Of a stretch of DNA of 64,000 nt, positions 53,741-64,000 are shown in pieces. The stretch is from NCBI RefSeq assembly GCF_006345805.1, contig NC_043004.1, forward strand, positions 96,596,001-96,660,000, written 5' to 3'. The notes beneath the pieces were generated by a model. It saw only the letters and a program-made list of their open reading frames with translations, was not told the origin of the DNA and did not search any database. The position numbers and the translations under genes were made by a program. Within the stretch, counting starts at the first letter, position 1, and every line of letters begins with the position of its first letter. This DNA comes from Octopus sinensis (Eukaryota).

Positions 53741-54808
53741 TGTTGTGGTGAGAGTCATGACACCTCCTGCAAGAATAGACTTGAATGCCTATAAATAGAC
53801 TCGAATGCTTATAAATAGTAATGGTCTGTGTGAGAGATATGAGAGTGTAGGTGTTAATTGCAGGAAGTCGTAAGGTGTCATTTTGGTAGTTTTTTTTTAT
53901 ATCGTTTGTTGGTTCGTGTATAGTCCATAGAGAGTTTGTTGGATTGTTACATTATTGTTACCTTGCTTCATTATATATTTTATTGTTACTACACGGTTAT
54001 AGTGTAAAAAAGTATCATCATAAATAGTGGTGATATCACAATAATTGGTGACGAGTAACTATGTTACAATAATTGGCGATGAGGATTCGAAGTTCACGCA
54101 GGTCAGTTAACAAATTTTTGTGATACAAAGTTGCTGATCATGGAAGACCTATTAGCTTCTATAATGCAGTTGCAAAAGCATCAGCAAGAACAGCAACAAG
54201 AGTTCCAGAAGCAATTACTATAGCAACAAGAAAAAGAACAACAGGTAATGGACCTATGTTTTAAGAAGCCTGGAAACACTATAAGTTCGTTTTCACCAGA
54301 CAGCGTATTGAACTCTATAACAGAATTCAGTTATAACCCAGAGGAGGGTATAACATTTGTGTCATAAGAAGAAATCTTCAGGGAAGATTGCAAGTCGTGG
54401 ACGGATGAGGAAAAAGTAAGACTATTATTATGTACATTAGCTCCATCATAACATGAAAAACAATCTAATTTTATACTACCCAAATAAACTAGTGAAATTT
54501 GTTTCCCAGACACAGTCGAATTACTATCAAACATGTGCAGTGATAAGATTTCCCTATTTGAAACTCAGTAGGAATGTTGGTATCTGGTTAAAAAAAGAGG
54601 ATGAAAACTTTGTCACGTATACCGGGACTATAAACAGAATCTGCGTAAGGTTTAAATTGAAGGAACTAACTCTTGGTATGTTTAAGTGCCTCATTTTTGT
54701 ACAAGGGCTGACGGCAAAGATGTGGAGATACGTCCAAGAATTTTCACAAAACTTGAACAGGTGGACCAGAATTTAACCCTGAAGACAGTTTCAGAGGAGT
54801 ATAAAAGA
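53741..54808 (+). mobile_element. Gypsy-type LTR retrotransposon 5' fragment (LTR, PBS, decayed gag)
   Basis: TGTTGTG...TATCACA LTR (53741-54040); PBS-like TGGTGACGAG (54046) and TGGCGATGAG (~54075); gag from ATG 54140 MEDLLASIMQLQ..SITEFSYNPEEGITF..WTDEEKVRLLL..NFILPK..FKCLIFVQGL. Confidence 0.8.
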
Positions 54809-56149
54809 CCTTGATCGAACCGTCCAACCCATGCTAGCATGAAAAACAGACGTTAGACGACGATGATGATGATGATAATGATGAGTCTGGTACTTCTGTG
54901 CCTCACTTTTAGCCTAGTCTGCTTTACTCTTCAAGACATGTTCTCTATACATTGGCTTTGTAATGGTATGAGCAATACAAACAAGTATTGCTTCTTCAAT
55001 GAATGATGTTTGTGTTATTCTCACTATGAGAAGGCAACAAAATGTCATTCCAACATATATATTTTGTCACATATCATAATACAGATTCACTACTGATAAT
55101 ATTGCTAAGGTAATATACAAGACGGTCAGTGGTTAAGAAAATATTATGTAGCTAATTCTGCAAAATGTTGGGGTTGAATTGGAAATATATCACTGAAGTT
55201 TCTGAAATTTAGAGTTTCTTGATTTATTTTCTTGAAGGTAAATTAAAAAGTGAAATGATTTTCTTCCCTAAAGTTTAGCTGATGAATTGAATTTCTCTAG
55301 AATTTTCCATTTTTACATGAACATCATTCAAAAAGTTGACTTGGAAATGAAAGTAAAGTTTGTCTTCTCATTAACTCCACCACCTTCTTTTCAGAATAAA
55401 AAAATAATTCGATTGTGTGTATGTGTGTGTGTGAGTGTGTATGTATTTGTGTTTGTGTGTGTATGTGTGTGCGTGTGTGTGTATGTGTGTGTGTGTATAT
55501 GTTTGAGTGTACGCCTGTGTGTGTAAGTTTAGGTTGGTCTGTTGAAATATAATTAACTCTGAATGATGAGGAGTGAATTTTACTTCACAAGATACATCGG
55601 TTAAATTAAAAAAGACTTCTTCATGAAATTAAATTTGGCTTTGAATATATATTTATACACATATACAAACATACACATATATACACACATACATATATAT
55701 GTATGTGTAGATAGATATATATATATAAATATATATATGTGTGTGTGTGCATATATGTATATATATATAGAGAGAGATATAGATGTATATGTGTGTGTGT
55801 ATTCTTTTTTTTATTAACAATAAACAGATGATAGACAATATTATTTTGAAATTTGAAATTATTCAAATATTTCTCAAGAGATTACAAAAACTTTCTTTGT
55901 ATAGTTTCATTTATTATTTTTTTTCCTCATTTTACTTCACAAATAAATCTTCTAAATATTTGATGACAAGCCAATCACTGCTTTAACTAGTCCTTTGATA
56001 GTTCAAATTAGATCAGTAAAAAATATATGATGCTTATATTTCTTTTCCTCCCTTTCATTCAATTTTTTTTTAATTATTAATATATATTTTTTTTTAATGA
56101 TATATATTATTATTATTTGGTCAAAATAATTTTCTTTAAAACTTGCAAG

Positions 56150-56188
56150 AAGCTAAAATCAAACTTGCCTATTGGACTTGAAGCGACA
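56150..56188 (+). CDS. Candidate 39-nt cassette microexon of an unidentified host gene (KLKSNLPIGLEAT if phase 0)
   Basis: TTTTCTTTAAAACTTGCAAG| 39 nt |GTAAGT; length divisible by 3; non-repetitive context. No partner exons identified. Confidence 0.35.
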
Positions 56189-56677
56189 GTAAGTACAGAA
56201 TCAGAGAGATTTTTCTGATTCTCAATTCTTTTGGTAATTCCCCCCTCTGAAAATAAATAATGTTTAACATTCTTGTACTTAACAGTTTTAGAATATTTGT
56301 TCCCTCACAGGCTTGTATTTCATCTTATATTTATTCCCTTACAGACTTGTATTTCTTCTTCTTATGTGACAAATTATATAAATGAGGATCGACTTATAAT
56401 AAATCATTTCAACATATTTTGAGAAACATTTTAAATTTATCATTCCTGTATTTATCGGATCTATTTTAAGGTTGACTCATTGTCTTTGACTTGACAATCT
56501 CACTTGGTAATTGATTTCGATTTGAATGAATCTTCTTTTAGAATATTTGTTCCCTTAAAGACTTGTATTTCTTCTTAACTTATGTGAGATGAATATTTTG
56601 TAATGATTGATGGAAATCTAAGACTTCATTAATCTAAAGTTGGCTTCCCTTTTATTATCATATATATGCATGTTATG

Positions 56678-56721
56678 TCATCATCATCATCATCACCATC
56701 ATCGTCGTCGTCATCGTCATC

Positions 56722-56779
<58 letters not shown>

Positions 56780-56780
56780 C
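56678..56780. repeat. (CAT)n microsatellite
   Basis: Direct reading. Confidence 0.97.
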
Positions 56781-56883
56781 AATTTAATGCCCATTTTCCA
56801 GGCTAAGTGTGGCTTATATATTTATTTATATAAGAGATTATATAACTGACAAGGGAAAAAGAAATTATGTAATGAAATTCATT

Positions 56884-57033
56884 AGCTTATTTCTGTTACT
56901 GCTATAAGACGCAATGTACATATTGCTGTGTGCTTGCATATCACCTTCAATTTTGAAACTCTGACAAAAAGCTATAAGGTGATACACAAGTGATCAAATG
57001 TGCCTGCATTGCATTTTGCAGTAGAAATAGCTT
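56884..57033. repeat. Degenerate inverted repeat (old MITE-like)
   Basis: AGCTTATTTCT..ACTGC / GCAGTAGAAATAGCT and CTTGCATATCACCTT / AAGGTGATACACAAG. Confidence 0.5.
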
Positions 57034-57064
57034 ATATGCTAATGATATTCATTACATAATTTCT

Positions 57065-57465
57065 AGGTGCAGGAGTGGCTGTGTGGTAAGTAGCTTGCTT
57101 ACCAACCACATGATTCCGGGTTCAGTCCCACTGCATGGCATCTTGGGCAAGTGTCTTCTGCTATAGCCTCGGGCTGACCAAAAACCTTGTGAGTGGATTT
57201 GGTAGACAGAAACTGAAAGAAGCCCGTCGTATATATGTATATATGTATGTGTATGTTTGTGTGTCTGTGTTTGTTCCTCTAACATTGCTTGACAACCGAT
57301 GCTGGTGTGTTTACGTCCCCATCACTTAGTGGTTCGGCAAAGGAGACCAATAGATTAAGTACTAGGCTTACAAAGAATAAGTCCCGGAGTCAATTTGCTC
57401 AACTAAAGATGGTGCTCCAGCATGGCCACAGTCAAATGACTAAAACAAGTAAATGAGTAAAAGAG
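57065..57465 (+). mobile_element. tRNA-derived SINE (family A); a 5'-half copy follows at ~57605-57735
   Basis: Homologous to 9871-10263. Confidence 0.9.
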
Positions 57466-57792
57466 TTCCATTGTCATTTATATAATCTCTAACTATGCTT
57501 TTTACATGACTAACAGGCTTTTCTGAAGCAAATGTATACTGAATTCTAACACCAGGTTACCAGTATCACAATGCTTAATCAACATATCAATGTATATATT
57601 CCTAAGTGCATGGTTCTAGGTTCAGTCCCACTGCATGCCACATTGGGCAAGCGCCTTCTACTTTAGCTTTGGGATGACCAAAGCATTGTGAGTGGATTTG
57701 GTAGATGGAAACTAAAAGAAGCTTGTTGTATATATGTATCTATGTATGTATATAATGTATATATATATATATATCATTATACATACATATAT

Positions 57793-57839
<47 letters not shown>

Positions 57840-58053
57840 CATTACACATTATACAAAAAAGTCTGAAATCATGGTTCAGGAAATAGATGGTAAATGTTTT
57901 TAATTTTCATTCCCTACGAAATTTTATCCCTAATTAGTGGTTTAATTGTTCCTTCTAGCATAAGGGCGTCTTATGATGGACACTTAATGTGCTTAAATGT
58001 ACACTGTATTTTATATGAACAATATATATATATATATTGTTCATATAAACAAT

Positions 58054-58196
<143 letters not shown>

Positions 58197-58199
58197 GAT

Positions 58200-58420
58200 T
58201 CCAAAATGTAACTCCATGTGGATTGTTGGTTATTTTTTCCTCTGTCTTCCTTTCCTTTGGACTTTCTTCTGTCTCCTGTTTCTGAAGAAGAGTCTCTTGC
58301 TCGAAATGTAAAGCACCCTTTCTTTCATTCCCTGAGCATCTTATTAATATTTTGCATGTACCCCATCCTCACGTTGTTGTTTTCCTTGTCTTTTTTCCCT
58401 GCTCTTTTTGTTTTTATTAA
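58200..58420 (+). mobile_element. Penelope-like terminal-repeat fragment with minimal hammerhead motif
   Basis: 58278-58314: gttt-CTGAAGA-a-GAG-tctcttg-CTC-GAAA-tGTA-aagc. Confidence 0.55.
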
Positions 58421-58617
58421 GTACATGTGTGTGTGTGTGTGTGTGTTTGTGTCTATGTTTGTTTCCAACCAACACTTGACAATTGATGTTAGTGTGTTTG
58501 CATCCCTGCAACTTAGCAGTTTAGCAGTTGATACTAATAAAATTAAGTACTAAGTCTGCTCTCAAATGAGTGAAATAAGTAAAAGATAAAAGATAGAAGA
58601 CATATGTATATATATTT

Positions 58618-59035
58618 CTTTTATTGTTTTACTTGTTTCGGTCATTTGACTGTGGCCATGCTGGGGCACCGCATTTACTCAAGCAAATCAACCCCAGGAC
58701 TTATTGTTTGTAAACTTGGTACTTATTCTATTGGTCTCTTTGCCAAACTGCTAAGTTACAGGGATGTAAACACAACAGCATCAGTTGTCAAGCGATGGGG
58801 AATGGGGTCAAACACAGACATACAAATACATATATGTATGTATGTGTGTATGTAAGTATATATATATATATATATATATATGCAATGGGCTTCTTTCAGT
58901 TTTCATCTACCAAATCCACTCACAAGGCTTTGGTCAGCCCAAGGCAATAGTAGAAGACACTTACCCAAGTGCCACGCAGTGGGACTGAGCCCAGAACCAT
59001 GTGGTTGTGGAGTGAACTTATCACACAGCCACTAC
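58618..59035 (-). mobile_element. tRNA-derived SINE (family A); opposite-strand 3' half at ~58430-58600
   Basis: Homologous to 9871-10263. Confidence 0.88.
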
Positions 59036-59743
59036 TGTACCTGTATATAGATATGTATATAGATAGGCATATATATATGAGCATATATATATATTTATGC
59101 ATATGTGTATATATATATATATATATTTATACACACACACACATGCACACATATGTATATGTATATACTGAAGACAAATCATTTAGCTTATTTGACATCA
59201 TATGGCAGGTACTGAGTTGCACTTAAATTTGTGTATTTTCCTTTGTACATCATAACAAAGATGTTGAAATTGTGTTCTATTGATTAGATATAAAACCAAT
59301 AGAAACAACAAAATGAATCAATGTTTTCTTTTGTTTGGTAGAAGTAAAGTCAAATGGCAGTAAATGTAAGCTGTTTCTTCTTATTTGAAAACTGCAAACT
59401 GAAGATATTTAATACTATCAACGAAATGAAAATAGTTTGGTAATCCTAAAGTGAAAACAATTTGTTTTGGGAACAGCTGATCAGAAGAGAATATCAGGGA
59501 ACTATTTACAAAATTGAATTGATATATGAAGCTGGCAAAATATGTTGTTTGCTACATGCACACCTTTCAATGTTGCAGTCATTTTTCACAAGTTTAGCTT
59601 CATGGCAGTCCTTATCCTGTACATCTATGGTCAAAGATGTTCTAGGTATGACCACCACAGCTTCATTTTCAAATACTATATTTCTAGGACTACACTTTCT
59701 AGTCAGGTAAAGAAATAAATCAAAGCAAATAAGATTGTCCCTC

Positions 59744-59911
59744 AGGTGCAGGAGTGGCTGTGTGGTAAGTAGCTTGCTTACCAACCACATGGTTCCAGGT
59801 TCAGTCCCACTGCGTGGCACCTTGGGCAAGTATCTTCTACTATAGTCTCAGGCTGACCAAAGCCTTGTGAGTGGATTTGGTAGACAGAAACTGAAAGAAG
59901 CCCGTCGTATA

Positions 59912-59944
<33 letters not shown>

Positions 59945-59946
59945 GT

Positions 59947-59977
<31 letters not shown>

Positions 59978-60230
59978 TATATATATATGTGTGTATGTGT
60001 GTGTATATGTTTGTGTGTCTGTGTTTGTCCCCCCAACATCGCTTGACAACTGATGCTGGTGTGTTTACATCCCTGTAACTTAGTGGTTCAGCAAAACAGA
60101 ATGATAGAATAAGTACTAGGCTTCCAAAGAATAAGTCCTGGGGTCGATTTGCTTGACTAAAAGCGGTGCTCCAGCATGACCACAGTCAAATGACTGAAAC
60201 AAGTAAAAGAGTAAAAGAGAGAGTAAAGAA
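59744..60230 (+). mobile_element. tRNA-derived SINE (family A)
   Basis: Homologous to 9871-10263. Confidence 0.9.
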
Positions 60231-60462
60231 AGTGTGATACACCTTGAGAATGCATTAAAGTAATGGACAAATCTGCAGATTTTAATGAGTTACTAAATAG
60301 AAATACTATATATACGACTATAGTTCTTAATGCCTAGAGTAAGCAATATGCAGTGCACACTCTTTAGGGTAGTTACTTGGATGCAGCTTATACTACATAC
60401 TATACAGCAAAGCTTTCCATAGCAATGTGTGTACTGCAGGATAAAATAAAGAACAGGGTAAT

Positions 60463-60870
60463 ACTTTTTACTCTTACTTTTTTACTTGTTTCAGTCATTT
60501 GACTGTGGCCATGCTGGAGCACCACCATTTAGTCGAACAAATTGACTCCAGGACTTATTCTTTGTAAGCCTAGTACTTATTCTATCAGTCTCTTTTGCTG
60601 AACCGCTAAGTTATGGGGACATAAACACACCAGCATCAGTTGTCAAGCGATGTTGGTGGACAAACACAGACACACAAACATATACACACACACACACTCA
60701 TATACATATATATACATATATACAACGAGCTTTCAATTTCTGTCTACCAAATCCACTTACAAGGCTTTGGTCAGCCTGAGGCTTTAGTAGAAGACACTTG
60801 CCCAAGGTGCCTGGGCCTAAACCCAGAACCATGTGGTTGGTAAGCAAGCTACTTACCACACAGCCACTGC
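60463..60870 (-). mobile_element. tRNA-derived SINE (family A)
   Basis: Homologous to 9871-10263. Confidence 0.9.
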
Positions 60871-61844
60871 TGTGCCAAGAATGTCAGTATTATTATTTTT
60901 ATCTTCTAGACAGTAGGAAACACAATGGCCATGACACTTTACAAGGACCCCGAGGGTGGTGGGTTAGAGAAAAGAAGGTAACCTAAAATCAAAGATCTGG
61001 TTTGAAAGTTTGAAGCAGAGGGGACTTTATTAAAAGTACTGAGAGAGCAAGATGGTAGTATTAAGCTGCGCAATGGCTTAAGTTTACCACCCAAACAGAC
61101 CATGGTAAGATTTGCATTCAGAACATGAACCACTCGTAGAACAAAATGCCTCAAGCCTGAGACGCTTAGAGATTTGCCAGTCTACCAGTCTGAATTGGTG
61201 CTATCTTATTGAACCTGAAATGCTGAAAGGCAATATTGGTCATGGTGTGATTTGAACTCAGGGAACAGAGAACTGGCAGAAAATCTGTGAGACATTCTAT
61301 CCAAAGCCACTTTGCAACACCTATCCAAAACACTGGAAAGATATGGATTCTTCAGTTGACTATTTCTATATCTTATATCTGTTCCAGCAGAGATGTCTGA
61401 GGCTACTCAGCAATTAGAGGATTGGCACAGGAAATGGATATTAAGAATTAGAATATAAATAACTGTCATCAACATTATACAAATAACAAACTCTCTCTCT
61501 CTCCTAAATCTCCTTCTCCATTCTTTGAGATGGAGACCAAAAAGTTGGTGTACTTTCAGGAACACAGGCCAAGAAAATATTCACCATCAGTGCAAATTCT
61601 TATTCAATAGCACATAGACAGAATCAATACACATGTCAAAATAACTGTCTTGTACAACATCCTCTCTACAACACAGGAATAAAACCTGCCAGAACCACTA
61701 TCTGTGCTACAGACCTTACACACTTCTATATCTGATGCTAAACTTTCTCTCCCTCCCTCTCTCTCTCTTGCTCACATACACACACATATTCATATATATA
61801 TACATGCATACAGAGAAACACACACACACACAAGAGTATATATG

Positions 61845-62103
61845 TGAAGATGTGTGGCTAGTCTGTTGCATACACAATCACTAAATCATGCATTCGATTC
61901 TTTGACTGTGTAGCACATTGTGTTCTTGAGCAAAACACTTCATTTCACATTGCTCCAGTCCCCCTTTTGGTCAGAGGGCAGTGTTGGCCTGCACTCATTC
62001 CCAGAAGGATGTCGTCATTTGAAGGTTAAAACAATGCAAAAGCACATTGTAACCAGCAATGTGTAGCAACAACTGATAGCCTGGTCAGTTATGTGATCAT
62101 GTG

Positions 62104-62105
<2 letters not shown>
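61845..62105 (+). mobile_element. Diverged SINE (family C-related)
   Basis: TGTGTTCTTGAGCAAAACACTTCATTTCACATTGCTC shared with 24362-24655. Confidence 0.6.
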
Positions 62106-62155
<50 letters not shown>

Positions 62156-62257
62156 GACACACATATGCATATAAATATATATATATATACATATGTATAT
62201 ATATAAATTTCCTCTCTCTCTCTTACATGCATGGATTCATATGTATACATATATACA

Positions 62258-62332
<75 letters not shown>

Positions 62333-62350
62333 TATTTATTTTATAGAAGG

Positions 62351-62401
62351 AGCTTCTACAGGACTAGAACTGTTTCATTCAAATGAAATCATCAGGAAGC
62401 T
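62351..62401 (-). ncRNA. Type I hammerhead ribozyme motif
   Basis: Exact reverse complement of 63849-63899. Confidence 0.8.
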
Positions 62402-62594
62402 TGGTGTCAAGAATAGTTTTAGCATTTATACATTTAGGCAGATTTAAAAGGGTGGTGGTGGGGGACTTTTTTGGGGTAGGCAGGGCACAAACTGTCTTTC
62501 TTAGGGGAGTGGTCAAAAGAATCAGTGATAAAGTAGATAAATGAATAAATAGAATAATAGAATAGAGTTTTAGGTAAATAAGAAGACTATCGGT

Positions 62595-62638
<44 letters not shown>

Positions 62639-62827
62639 TACACATATATATACACATATATATACATATATACATACATATACACATACTCATACATACA
62701 CACACACATATATACATACACACATATATACATATTTATACAAATACACATACACATACTTGCCAACATGCAAGCACACGCACACATATATCTACACATA
62801 TATATATGAAAGAATATACACACCCAT

Positions 62828-62860
<33 letters not shown>

Positions 62861-63383
62861 CATATATACACATACATATATATACATATATATATATGTA
62901 TACATGCACATATATACACACACATTTCCTCCCTTATTTTATTTTTATTTTGACTTCTTCATAGTCATAAAGGGTGTAATATATGACCTACCTACCCACC
63001 GACACACATTTATTGGTGCTGGAGTCGACCTTCCCAGGGTGCTAGCCAGCCTAAATGAAATCCATTTATTTCCCCTCTTTATTGCCACTCACACACACTC
63101 ACATGAGTGTGCATGTGAGTGTTTGGGAAGAGAGATAGAAAGGAAGGGAGAGGGGCAATAAATGGATTTCATTTAGGCTGGCTAGCACCCTGGGGAGGGT
63201 CGACTCCAGCGCCAATAAATGTGTGTCAGCGGGTAGGTAGGTCATATATTACACCCTTTATGACTATGAAGAGGTCAAAATAAAAATAAAATAAGGGAGG
63301 AAATGTGTGTGTATATATGTGCATGTATACATATATATATATGTATATATATGTATGTGTATATATGTGTGTATGTATATATG

Positions 63384-63414
<31 letters not shown>

Positions 63415-63596
63415 ATGGGTGTGTATATTCTTTCATATATATATGTGTAGATATATGTGTGCGTGTGCTTGCATGTTGGCAAGTATGTGTATGTGTATTT
63501 GTATAAATATGTATATATGTGTATATGTATATATGTGTATGTGTATGTATGAGTATGTGTATATGTATGTATATATGTATATATGTGTGTATATAT

Positions 63597-63657
<61 letters not shown>

Positions 63658-63848
63658 CGATAGTCTTCTTATTTACCTAAAACTCTATTCTATTATTCTA
63701 TTTATTCATTTATCTACTTTATCACTGATTCTTTTGACCACTCCCCTAAGAAAGACAGTTTGTGCCCTGCCTACCCCATAAAAGTCCTCCACCACCACCC
63801 CTTTAAATCTGCCTAAATGTATAAATGCCAAAACTATTCTTGACACCA

Positions 63849-63899
63849 AGCTTCCTGATGATTTCATTTGAATGAAACAGTTCTAGTCCTGTAGAAGCT
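63849..63899 (+). ncRNA. Type I hammerhead ribozyme motif
   Basis: Stem I AGCTTC/GAAGCT; core CTGATGA; stem II T-TTC-attt-GAA-T; GAA; stem III ACAG-ttctagtc-CTGT; cleavage triplet GTA (predicted cut after 63893). Confidence 0.8.
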
Positions 63900-64000
63900 C
63901 CTTCTATAAAATAAATTAATTTACTCTGCTATGTATTGAGTACCTTATTTACTGTGGTTAACCCCGACTCAACCCGGGATACATATATATAAATATATAT

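Larger units (their letters stand above)
62335..63915. repeat. Large inverted repeat, arms ~62335-63078 and ~63148-63915, ~70 bp spacer; probably inverted Penelope-like pseudo-LTRs
   Basis: Arms match as reverse complements throughout, including an internal TA/CA tract; each arm carries a hammerhead motif near its outer end. Confidence 0.95.

Noticed and set aside
59462-59712. Possible exon (stop-free stretches on both strands, CAG|GTAAAG at ~59706)
   Set aside because: No recognisable protein similarity and no clear acceptor; cannot be supported without RNA data.
60980-61720. Short peptide echoes of mariner HTH (KFEAEGT) and RTE (LFQQRCLR)
   Set aside because: Too short and degraded to call without an alignment search.

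Overview
AT-rich eukaryotic non-coding DNA packed with microsatellites and transposon debris. The repeat content (tRNA-headed SINEs with internal (TA)/(CA) tracts, RTE-type tails ending in (GAT)n, many Penelope-like fragments) resembles an octopod cephalopod genome; this assignment is inference from memory, not a search. No multi-exon host gene can be supported and nearly all listed ORFs are microsatellite artefacts. Real coding remnants all belong to mobile elements: a young 5'-truncated L1/Tx1-type LINE (35.4-38.5 kb, one frame, two stops), a full-length decayed mariner (39.76-41.02 kb), a Helitron Rep fragment, an R4/Dong-like RLE retrotransposon remnant, a Gypsy LTR+gag fragment and three Penelope-like (GIY-YIG) remnants. 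Most notable: (1) a ~1.6 kb inverted repeat (62.3-63.9 kb) carrying a complete type I hammerhead ribozyme motif in each arm, plus several variant or decayed hammerheads in other fold-back repeats; (2) an ~8.6 kb nested satellite (41.3-49.9 kb) whose four monomers (59, 13, 10, ~22 bp) all have palindromic cores, with strand flips at those palindromes and a tandem block of POU octamer motifs; (3) a candidate 39-nt frame-preserving microexon at 56150-56188. Coordinates of decayed elements are approximate and read by eye.
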